Source: Diplonema japonicum
Taxonomy: Eukaryota; Protista; Euglenozoa: Diplonemea
Reading direction: 5' to 3'
Assembly: GCA_964019335.1 (NCBI GenBank)
Contig: OZ025652.1
Coordinates: 682,001-746,000 of the forward strand
DNA length: 64,000 nt
The notes under the pieces are model-generated. The model made no database searches. It was not told where the DNA came from and was given only the letters and a program-made list of their open reading frames with translations. Both the position numbers and the translations under genes were made by a program. Positions 1 through 8,845 of the stretch are shown in pieces; position 1 is the first letter of the stretch; each line of letters begins with the position of its first letter.

Positions 1-1195
1 CAGAGGGGCTTTTCAGCAAATCCAGTTTGGTGAGTGGGCGATCCTATAATTTATTTCCTTTTTTTTTCTTTTTTTCCCATACCGGTGCGTCTTCCTTTGG
101 AGTTGCAAGAGGCTCTGTGGGAGCCTCCTTATGCGGAATAGGTGCACTGCCAACCTGTGCCTCTGTCTGTGTTTGTGGTGGTTGTGGTGGTGGTGTTTCA
201 ATATCGGTTTCTTCTTCTTCTTCCTCAATGCTGTCTTCTTGACCATGGTCACATGATTGCATTTCAACAGCAGCTTCATCAGCAGCATGCCGTGCCTTGG
301 CCAATGCTGATTTCAACAAATGTGATTTCCTTGAAGCCATGATCCACTCGTAAGTTGTGAGCCGTCTGCGGGAGAGCACACCGTGGAATTTGAACAGTTC
401 GATGAGCAATCCCCAGGCAAGAAGGTCCAGACCCAAGATGCACATTACTGCGATACGGTAGTTGAGAAGCGGCATCCCGTTGAGGTAGTGGTCCAAGAGG
501 TGTGGGTACTTCCCGCTGTGGTGGTAGGTGTCAATCATGATCCACACGCAGACGAAGCCCAGCACTGTGGACATGACGAGGGTGATGCTGAGGAAGGTGT
601 AGAAGTAAACGTAATTGGCAGCCCCGACACAGGTGTTCAGCCACTTGCAGTGGTGGTCGAAGTCGCAAACACATTTATTACACGGTTTGCAATGTTTCGA
701 CTCCGTCCGGATCCACGCTTTGCAAACACCGCACTTCACAGAAGGTACCGCATCGTGCTCGTAGAGGTTAGTATGCTCATCATGCTTTGTGCCAGGGTCG
801 ACTGGATCGACCGTTGTTGCCTTGTAGTTGCTCCAAATCATGATAACATAGCTTGCACTGATGAATGCGTACGTCACGTAATCCCACGGGGTCGGGAGGA
901 TAGGGGCCAGCATAACTATCACCAATATATAAAAAACAAGGAATAGTACCCAGCTTGCGATCTGCAGGAGATGCCATGGCCGGTGGAACCCATGTCGCCT
1001 CATGGGCATCTGTCTGCCCACGTCAGCCGGGACGATCTTTCTCTTGTAAGGGAAGCCATGGAACAGTGGTATTTTCGGTTGTACGACCACCACGCCCTCT
1101 GCGCCTCCGACTGTTTCGGTGTTGTTTGCCCCTTCGCTGCTTATTTGGATTCCCACCGCTTCCCCTGGTTGGGCGGTGCCACCCATTTTTGACAC
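1..1195 (-). CDS. DHHC palmitoyltransferase (ZDHHC1/11-like), 3' end runs off window
   Basis: CxxC..SKHCKPCNKCVCDFDHHCKWLNTCVG DHHC-CRD, 4 TM segments, N-terminal RRHGFHRPWH motif. Intron 44-82 (GTATGG..TATAG) replaces the poly-Lys ORF tail with DRPLTKLDLLKSPS. Confidence 0.93.
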
Positions 1196-2139
1196 CTATG
1201 GAGTGTGGGGTATTTTTTATTTTTATTTTTAAAGTGTTGCAGAAAAAAAAAGAAAAAAAAAGGGAATACAGAACGAAAGCAAATACGATTAGACAATTTT
1301 TTTTTCTTTCTCGTTCTGAAAAAAAAAATAAACAAAGAAGAGAAAAAAAAATACAACAAAGGTGACAGGTGGTGTGTGAAAACAATGAAAGAGGGGGGGG
1401 GGGGGGGGGGTGGGAGTAATGACGAACATCCCATGGGTAAATAAAGGAAAAAAAGAAAAGGGTCATGTTCTTTTTTGTCCTTGTTTCTTTAAATACTGCT
1501 AGTGCGGGTTTTTTTTTTCTCTTTTTTTCTTCTTGTAGTTTGTGAGCACCCACAATTAAAAAGAGAAACCACACGGGGGGGGGGAGAAAAATTTAAAGAA
1601 AAGAGAAACAACTTAAGAAAGCCCACAGTGGCAGGCATAACAACTCAACACGAGAGAAGAGGGAGGGTTTAATAGTATTTTTCCAGCCTTGTGTCTCTAA
1701 GGTCCTGCTGCCCGACGTCTCGCACACAGGCAGCATCTCGTAACATTGAATTTCTTTTTTTTTTTCCCGCCTTGCCAGAGAGAACAAGGCATTAAAATCC
1801 CCCTTTTTTTTTTCCAGGATATAAAAATCACACAACACGACCCAAATAATTCGCACGCTTTTTTAATTTTTTTTTTTATTTTCTTTTATTTTTTTTTTTT
1901 TTTTAATCTTTTGCCCTTCGACTTTTTTTTTTATTTCTATTTTTTTTTTTTCTTTTCCCCCCGTCTGCCTCCTTCTCATTCTTCCGCTCCTCCTTTTCTT
2001 TTTTTTGCTTCATGTTTGATTTTTTTTTTTGTGTTATTCGTTTACCTCACTTAAAAGGTTAACAAAAAAAAAAAAAAAAAAAAGAATACACTCTTCCTAA
2101 TAAAAGGCAAGGGCCACCCGGTTCACGACCTGTCAGTCT

Positions 2140-4137
2140 TCAGCAGCATTGCAAGGCGCACTGCAGATGCTGCTCGTTCTTCATGACACGATTGAACATT
2201 TGACGTATTTCGTGCATTTCGATCTCATGCCTGTTCAGCTTACGAGGAGGAGAGAGGGACGATGCACTACGTTTCGTTCCCTCCCCTGCAGGGGACAAAG
2301 GCGGTTCTACAACAGAAACGGGTGCCGGGGGGGAGACTGTGTACGAATTCTCACGAGCCGGCATAGACCTAAAAATAAAGGGAAAGGGCTCCAACTCAAT
2401 CTGAGCAACAGGGTTGATGGTACCCGTCTTCACTGGCGACACTGAGGACACAGGCGGCATCACAGCAATTCTGCCTTGAGCCTCTTCAGGAGATCCCAAA
2501 ACAGGCGGCAGAAGCCGAGATGGGACCGACTGAACCAACTGTGTTGGAGATGCCACTGATGAAGAGGGTACCCTGGATGCCTCCTTCAGAATAGACTGCG
2601 GGGCTTGCTGCGGGGCTTGTTGTGTAATGTGTTCCACCGGACGTTTCGAGTGCATGACAGGACCGCCCTCTTCGTTGGCCTCCATCGTTGGGTACTGCCG
2701 CACGAACATTGCGTCCAGCGGTGTGGTGGAGTCGCCGCTCACAGCCGCGTCCAGCAGCTTTTTGTTAAGCGCGTCTGCATTCTCAACATCCTTGAAACGC
2801 ATCTTCACGATGACGGACCCCTTGCGCAGCTCCATGATGTCCACCTGGCTGGGGTGCACTCCCACGTTGCTGGCAATATTCCGCCTGAAGGCATCCTGGT
2901 CAAAGGTTTCAGGCCCTTCAAGATCGAACCTCAACGTGACAGGAGTCCCCAGGTTTCCAGATGTCAAGGGGTGTGGCGTCTTGTTGTAGAAATGAGCAGG
3001 CGGCGGTGCCTGTGTCGACGACACTTCTGTGACTGTGATTTCCGGTTCGGCCTCAGGCGGTATGTAGCCATGTGGCGAGTACGCCCCTCTGTCGTGCCCT
3101 ACGTGCCCTACCTCTTCGACGACAAACTCCTCATTGGGCCCTGGGGGGGCACTCGTGGGTACCTCCCCATAACCACCCCTGTCGATGAGGGGGTCTGCAC
3201 CTTCACCCAGGTCATTGAACTCAGCAGGCCCGCTGGAGGTCGCTTTCCTTTTGAGCAGGAACACAACAGCAGCGACTACGGACAAGCACAGCAACAAGCC
3301 AAGCACGATAAGAACCCACCCCCACGCAGGGAAGGAGTCATCGCCACTGTTCTTGGAATCCTCTCTTGGAGAGCCATCCGCGACTTCCTTCCACTCAGGA
3401 GATGCAAGGTAGCTAGGTGACTCTATCCTACGTGAATCAGCTTGCTTGAAGCTTGGCGTGTCCTGGTAGCCAGGTGAAGATAAATACTCACCAAGCGGGG
3501 TGTCTAACCACTGCTCGCGGGGAGATGTCGAGTTGGGGTCGGTGGTGGGAGGGGCAAGGGTAGTGCCCGGGCCGGCCGGGGAAGGTGTGCTAGGGGCAGT
3601 AGTATTGTCAGGGGGCACAGGTGTAGGAACGATTCTGGGAGAAGTATCAACAAGGGTAATGGACTCGGGGTAACGCAGAGTAGGTTCATGGCCTGCAGAG
3701 GACTTGTACTGCGCGCCCCTGCCGAGGGCGGTGATGATGTCGAGGGTCTTGTTGTCAGCATTAAAAGAGAAGTGATCCGGCGTGAGACCAGCAAGGTTCC
3801 TGGTCAGATTCAGCCATTTCTGTGAGCTTTTTATCTCGCTATAGGTTTCAGTCCACTGAGATGTCAACTGCGTCCCCTCTGCACGATTCCCCAGCTTCCA
3901 CTCGCTCCACCCAGTGTTGTCAACAATGATTGCGTACGTCCCATCCATCGTGACATCCCCGAACCCGATTCCCCACCACCGGTCTTGCGGCCCCCTTATG
4001 GCTAGCTCCACGTTATCCCCGTCATTATCCACATACAGTTCAAGCCCGGGGATGATGGTCAAAGGGGCAAAGCTCCTCACTACAGCCTGCGCCCATCCAT
4101 AGGTTGCCAGCAGCAACAAAACGACAAGTTGCAGCAT
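2140..4137 (-). CDS. Type I membrane protein: signal peptide, DOMON domain, TM helix, SEA-like module
   Basis: Hydrophobic N-terminus; DOMON motif WWGIGFG..TMDG...GHE; TM WGWVLIVLGLLLCLSVVAAVVFLL; later FRRNIASNVGVHPSQVDIMELRKGSVIV; 665-aa ORF. Confidence 0.75.
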   Translation of the reverse strand: MLQLVVLLLLATYGWAQAVVRSFAPLTIIPGLELYVDNDGDNVELAIRGPQDRWWGIGFGDVTMDGTYAIIVDNTGWSEWKLGNRAEGTQLTSQWTETYSEIKSSQKWLNLTRNLAGLTPDHFSFNADNKTLDIITALGRGAQYKSSAGHEPTLRYPESITLVDTSPRIVPTPVPPDNTTAPSTPSPAGPGTTLAPPTTDPNSTSPREQWLDTPLGEYLSSPGYQDTPSFKQADSRRIESPSYLASPEWKEVADGSPREDSKNSGDDSFPAWGWVLIVLGLLLCLSVVAAVVFLLKRKATSSGPAEFNDLGEGADPLIDRGGYGEVPTSAPPGPNEEFVVEEVGHVGHDRGAYSPHGYIPPEAEPEITVTEVSSTQAPPPAHFYNKTPHPLTSGNLGTPVTLRFDLEGPETFDQDAFRRNIASNVGVHPSQVDIMELRKGSVIVKMRFKDVENADALNKKLLDAAVSGDSTTPLDAMFVRQYPTMEANEEGGPVMHSKRPVEHITQQAPQQAPQSILKEASRVPSSSVASPTQLVQSVPSRLLPPVLGSPEEAQGRIAVMPPVSSVSPVKTGTINPVAQIELEPFPFIFRSMPARENSYTVSPPAPVSVVEPPLSPAGEGTKRSASSLSPPRKLNRHEIEMHEIRQMFNRVMKNEQHLQCALQCC

Positions 4138-4304
4138 CGATGCCTTGCCTGTGAGGTCATGGAAGCAAACGGGGTGGAAAGGGATACAGAAATAAAAGTT
4201 TGCTATTCTCTAAACCCAATTGGTTAAGCATCAACTAAAAAAACTTAATATCGAGGAAGCTAGATACCCCCCCCCCCCCCCCCCACTTTCCCACCTTTTA
4301 TTTC

Positions 4305-5027
4305 TTATATTTTGTTGAGCACACAGCCAAGCAGCCCCTTGCCGGACCATTTTTTGGGTGTGATCACAACCTTTTGCACAGAGAGCGCACCACGCTTCAC
4401 AACAATATTCATCTCGTTGTTCTCGTACCGTAGAGTCATTTCTGTTTTTTTTTTTCCTTTTTTTTTTCTCCCCTTTCTTCCCCTATCTTTTGCTCTCATA
4501 CTCGATATCATTTGGAGGAAGCCAGTCTGATTCTTGGTGATGCCGTTCCAAGAGAGAATTTTGTCGCCCTGACGCAGACCAGAGGCGGCGGGGGAATCTG
4601 GCAAAACGCTCCCTACTGTGAGGAACTCGGGGTACTCCTTGAAACGCGTGACTAGAGGGTCTTCACCAGCAGTTTCCTCATCTTTTGCCTCCGCACCGGG
4701 CGTGGGGCCATCTGCGCTGGCACTGTGCACATCCTCGATGCAGTTTTTAATACTTTCCATCACAACCTTCAAATCGTTCCGCAAGCACGCCACCCTCCCC
4801 CTCCTTTTTGTCACCACATGTAGGTCGCAGTCTGCCCTTGGGTACCCGTCCTCGTCCTTCAGCGGTCCTGTGAGCCCTGCTGGCGTTTTCATTAACTCAT
4901 CAATGTTCTCTTTGAGCTGTTTTTTTTTTTTCTTTCCCCTACTGTGTTAGCACACCTCACTTTCCATCTCGTCCCTCTCCTTCATCAGGCGCTTCATACG
5001 CTCCTTTGGTTCTTCTTGCTCCGACAT
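4305..5027 (-). CDS. PSMD9: 26S proteasome assembly chaperone Nas2/p27 (PDZ)
   Basis: GLTGPLKDEDGYPRADCDL..RVACLRNDLK Nas2_N, PDZ domain, C-terminal PKKWSGKGLLGC. Introns 4917-4955 and 4442-4501; ATG at 5027. Confidence 0.9.
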
Positions 5028-5227
5028 TTTTTTGTTTCTTTCTTTGTTGCGTTACAAATCAACAACGTTGCAGAAGGGAGGTTTAACAAAAATGCAAACT
5101 ACAAAAAAATGGGGAGGTAAATTCTTCTTTGAGTTCAAGCAAATAGTCAACCTGCCCATTAGGATAGTGAGGGGAGGGAGGTCGCTGCCTATTTATGAAC
5201 GGTGTAAAACAAAGACGGGTGCCAAGG

Positions 5228-6949
5228 CTAGGCCGCACCTTTCAATGCTGTAAGGTATGATCGCTTACACGTGTTGGCACAAGGGGTGTGTTTGAAAGCA
5301 ATGGGCCTCGTTGTAAAGGCGATGGAGCTCTGCCCCGTCCGGCGGCGGGTTGTAGTAACTGCAGCCCGACGTAGCTTCTCGGGTCGGACACGCTTGCCGT
5401 AACGAGGTGCCCACCTTGGCAGGAGGACCTCGTCGCAGGGTGTTTCATCTTCACTGTTGGTTCTTTCCTGATCAAGAAGCAAACTTGACTTGACAACCAG
5501 TATGTTGACCTTCCTTACAGCCCACCGAGTCGCAGGTGGGACAACACCCATAAAGTCCACAACGTCCCGCACAGTTTTGCTGGGCATACTAGCACGCCTG
5601 CACATCATTGCCATTACCACCAACCCTTCTAAGGAGTACGCAAGGTATCTATGTGTAAGCACAGGGCAGTTTAACTTCTGTGCTGACAGTAGAAAGTACT
5701 CCGCCGGACACCCTATCCTAAACAATGCTTCCACACTAGATGCTGTCAGTGGCATCTGCCTCAACGCTTTCCATTCCGTTTGAGGGATGTTGCCCTGCCC
5801 TAAGCATAGCAGCATCTCGGCATCTTGCGTCACCAACACGTGTTCTAAGCATACATGGCACACGATAGCGGTGGGCAACTTCGACACAAGGAGGATGACC
5901 ATTTCCCGACGGTTTCTTTGAGCCAACAATGCCGTCAACACGAGATGGTTCCCACGGTCGGCGATTACCCGCGGGTGCTCCAAAAGAACCTTGAGGCAAT
6001 TCAACGAACCCTCTCGGACGGCACTGGCTAAGGGATCGGGGCATCCTCTGAGCATTTTGCGGAAACGCTTTGGAGGCATCGCCGAGAGAGACTCACAAAG
6101 GGACGCGGCATCATCCATTACCAGCATGCTGCGTAAGGAGAGCCATGGCTTCGGTTGATGCTTAGCAGTGGGGCGAGGTATATGTGTTCTCCCAAGGAAT
6201 CTGTAAGGACGGCCGAAGTCAGTTTTAACGGTCATGTTCCGTGCATGGGGCAAGAGATGCTTCATGTTTTCCAAACAGGAAGTTGCGTTGTCCTTCAGCT
6301 GCTCGATAGTCAGCGCTGTGTGCCCAATGGGGAAATTGACCAACTCACGTTGGACACGATGCTTCGTTCTGCAAGCACGCTGCATGTCCCTGGCTGTCTC
6401 GCTAATAGTCTCGAAAGTTGTTGATGTGGGAAACTTCCCCATCCTGTTCAGAGTGGGCCCGACGATCCTCAAAATCTTTTTGAGGTGCTGCTGGTGGATG
6501 CATAGGTTATCGAAGTGACGGATGTACCTCTTGATAAGCTTTCTGTTTCGATTCATGGCCATCATCTTCGATATTGGTATTATTGTCAAACCGCACCGTT
6601 CGGCCGCTAGCTCTTCTTCGTCGGTAAAACAAAAGCACCCATGTACACCATGCGCGCGGGTTGGGTGCGGCACTAAGAAGCCGCGGATAGGGCTCATTCT
6701 GCCGCAGCGGTACGGCAGTGAGACATGCAGCTCTACTGTTTTTTCCGTTCTGTAGACCGCGTAGCACAGGATAATCAGCAAAAGTTCAGCAGGTATGTCG
6801 TACTCAGTATACCTGCAGCATCGCCGACTCCTTACCAACCACAGTGTGCGGAACACCCTCCTTTCAACTATTTCGCACTTTGTCCCGTCTACTGAGGCCC
6901 GCAGTGCTTCGTCGAACGCACGCCCCATGAACCGTGCAACTCCCGACAT
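5228..6949 (-). CDS. Multidomain protein with divergent ribosomal uL1/L10a-like domain and ankyrin-like helical region
   Basis: KTVELHVSL, NRNRKLIKRY, ILRIVGPTLNRMGKFPT, IGH, KTDFGRPYRFL align by eye with RPL10A motifs; PLASAVREGSLNCLKVLLEH is ankyrin-like. Confidence 0.7.
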   Translation of the reverse strand: MSGVARFMGRAFDEALRASVDGTKCEIVERRVFRTLWLVRSRRCCRYTEYDIPAELLLIILCYAVYRTEKTVELHVSLPYRCGRMSPIRGFLVPHPTRAHGVHGCFCFTDEEELAAERCGLTIIPISKMMAMNRNRKLIKRYIRHFDNLCIHQQHLKKILRIVGPTLNRMGKFPTSTTFETISETARDMQRACRTKHRVQRELVNFPIGHTALTIEQLKDNATSCLENMKHLLPHARNMTVKTDFGRPYRFLGRTHIPRPTAKHQPKPWLSLRSMLVMDDAASLCESLSAMPPKRFRKMLRGCPDPLASAVREGSLNCLKVLLEHPRVIADRGNHLVLTALLAQRNRREMVILLVSKLPTAIVCHVCLEHVLVTQDAEMLLCLGQGNIPQTEWKALRQMPLTASSVEALFRIGCPAEYFLLSAQKLNCPVLTHRYLAYSLEGLVVMAMMCRRASMPSKTVRDVVDFMGVVPPATRWAVRKVNILVVKSSLLLDQERTNSEDETPCDEVLLPRWAPRYGKRVRPEKLRRAAVTTTRRRTGQSSIAFTTRPIAFKHTPCANTCKRSYLTALKGAA

Positions 6950-7012
6950 CTCAACTGTGTGTTAATGTAAAATAGTTAAGAGGTGATAAATAAATAACCA
7001 GCGGCAGGGTTG

Positions 7013-8773
7013 TTAGCTCCATAAAGGTTCGATGCCTGCTACTTTGCAGATCTTGTTTCTAACTTGGGAGCTGCTGGCAATACTGCGTTTCGTAGGCGGT
7101 GTAGGAATACACCACGGGGGGAGTTGAGGTTTTTCAACGGCCACTGACGTAGAAGACACCCGCTGGTAAAGGGCAGTGACTTCCATTTCCTGAGATTTAA
7201 AGAGCTGCTCACGCTCGCTGCTCTGTTGCGTGAGCATGTCGCGCAGCTGCTCTCGGAAGAGCGCAGTTGCCGCTGCTCTGCTGAGCCCTTCAAAGGGGTC
7301 TGGGTCTTGCATTTCTGTCCGTGTCGACATCAGCATGTCTTTATCGTCACCGTTGCTGTAGGTGTGCAGGTCCAGCACAACGGGCGATCTGTGCCCCCCT
7401 TTTGAAGTCTTTTTCTTTTCGATTTGCTGTTCTAAAGTGGCCGCCCTTTCTCGGCTGGCCTTCCAACATTCTTCTATGCGTTCAATATATATCGCAACTT
7501 CTCTTAGAGATGAACGCTCCTTCATGCTGCCCTTCCCTGTTCCCCTTGTCCCCGTGCGGTACACCAGGGTGTCTTCACGCCGGGCTCTTTCAGCAGGTTG
7601 AATGGACCCGGTACCTTCTTTGTTCACTTTTTGCAGCAAACTGTTTGCGATGGATTGGATCTTCACTCTTCTCTTCTGCATTTCAGAGTGCGTGTGTACT
7701 GTGTTGGTCGGGTTCTGTGCCCAATGGGTGCCTGGTGATTCCTTGCAGTGCCGAAAGGTTAGCTCTTGCATGGTGTCGTAGTGCTGAAGGACATCGTTAG
7801 CGGTGATGTTATAAGTGTCGATGATGGACGAGAGCAGCTTCCCATGCTCAAGGACTACGAGCTCGTCGTCTTCCGTGAAGGGATTCTTATTGCCGATAGG
7901 GGGCAGCTTGTTCATGATCTCAACGACACCCAGAAGGTTCTTAGGGTTGCTGGCCTTCTCCTTGACACCCATCTTGTTATCAGCCACGTTGGGAAAACGC
8001 TTTGTCAGCGGGAAACATAACGAGTTCCGTGTGTAGAAACCCGTGCGCTGATCGGTGTTGCGATTGAAGACCTTGTCCGACGCTGTTTCCGTGTCGATAA
8101 CGTTGAGCATAAGGCCCGTTTGAAACACGTGGCCCACCATCCCTGTAGTGGGGTATATTTTGTGACTCGGGATGGAACGTTTGCCATTCACACCAACAGA
8201 TGCGACAGACACCACTTGGGGTGAGTCAGCGGTTAAAGCATCGCGTGACTGTGCAAAGAGGTATAGTGTGGCGCGTTCAGCGTCTACTTCACGCATTATG
8301 CCCTGCATGATGCCGTGCAAGATAGTAGAGGCCTGCCATGACTTTGTCGCCAGGGGGGACCCACACACACCCCGTGAAGATACATACTCCACATCCGAAC
8401 CCTTCCGCTGAGACCCTTGAGAGATAGACAGGTTCGACGGTGACACGGGAGGTGGACTGGCAACTGAAGGCAGCTTGTCCCCCACTTCATGCATAACAAT
8501 ACCCCTTGCCAATTTGTTCAAAGCTATCCGAAGCTTAGCGTAAATACTTTTCCCGTCCTCATCACCCATGACATGTTTCCTCAGATCTTCCAACGCAGCC
8601 CTCATAGCCTTAATGCAGCACAGCACCTCCGTGCTTGTCTTCATCACATGGCTGTTCCTCTTCCCATCTTGAAGTGTGCCTTTCCTGCTTCCCTTCCGGC
8701 TGCTAACTAAACCTAAACCTCCACCTCCAGGAACGAACGTCGATGTGGGGAGCAGTGACTCGAACCCCTCCAT
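7013..8773 (-). CDS. GAF-domain protein with C-terminal coiled coil
   Basis: DAERATLYL, GMVGHVFQTG, FNRNTDQRTGFYTRNSLCFPL, LGVVEIMNK..FTEDDE (NKFDE motif of PDE-type GAF). Confidence 0.85.
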   Translation of the reverse strand: MEGFESLLPTSTFVPGGGGLGLVSSRKGSRKGTLQDGKRNSHVMKTSTEVLCCIKAMRAALEDLRKHVMGDEDGKSIYAKLRIALNKLARGIVMHEVGDKLPSVASPPPVSPSNLSISQGSQRKGSDVEYVSSRGVCGSPLATKSWQASTILHGIMQGIMREVDAERATLYLFAQSRDALTADSPQVVSVASVGVNGKRSIPSHKIYPTTGMVGHVFQTGLMLNVIDTETASDKVFNRNTDQRTGFYTRNSLCFPLTKRFPNVADNKMGVKEKASNPKNLLGVVEIMNKLPPIGNKNPFTEDDELVVLEHGKLLSSIIDTYNITANDVLQHYDTMQELTFRHCKESPGTHWAQNPTNTVHTHSEMQKRRVKIQSIANSLLQKVNKEGTGSIQPAERARREDTLVYRTGTRGTGKGSMKERSSLREVAIYIERIEECWKASRERAATLEQQIEKKKTSKGGHRSPVVLDLHTYSNGDDKDMLMSTRTEMQDPDPFEGLSRAAATALFREQLRDMLTQQSSEREQLFKSQEMEVTALYQRVSSTSVAVEKPQLPPWCIPTPPTKRSIASSSQVRNKICKVAGIEPLWS

Positions 8774-8845
8774 TTGTCCTGAGTGCTTAACTAAGGAAGA
8801 GTGGGCACTATTTTATGGTAATTTGCTGTACAATTTACAATACAA

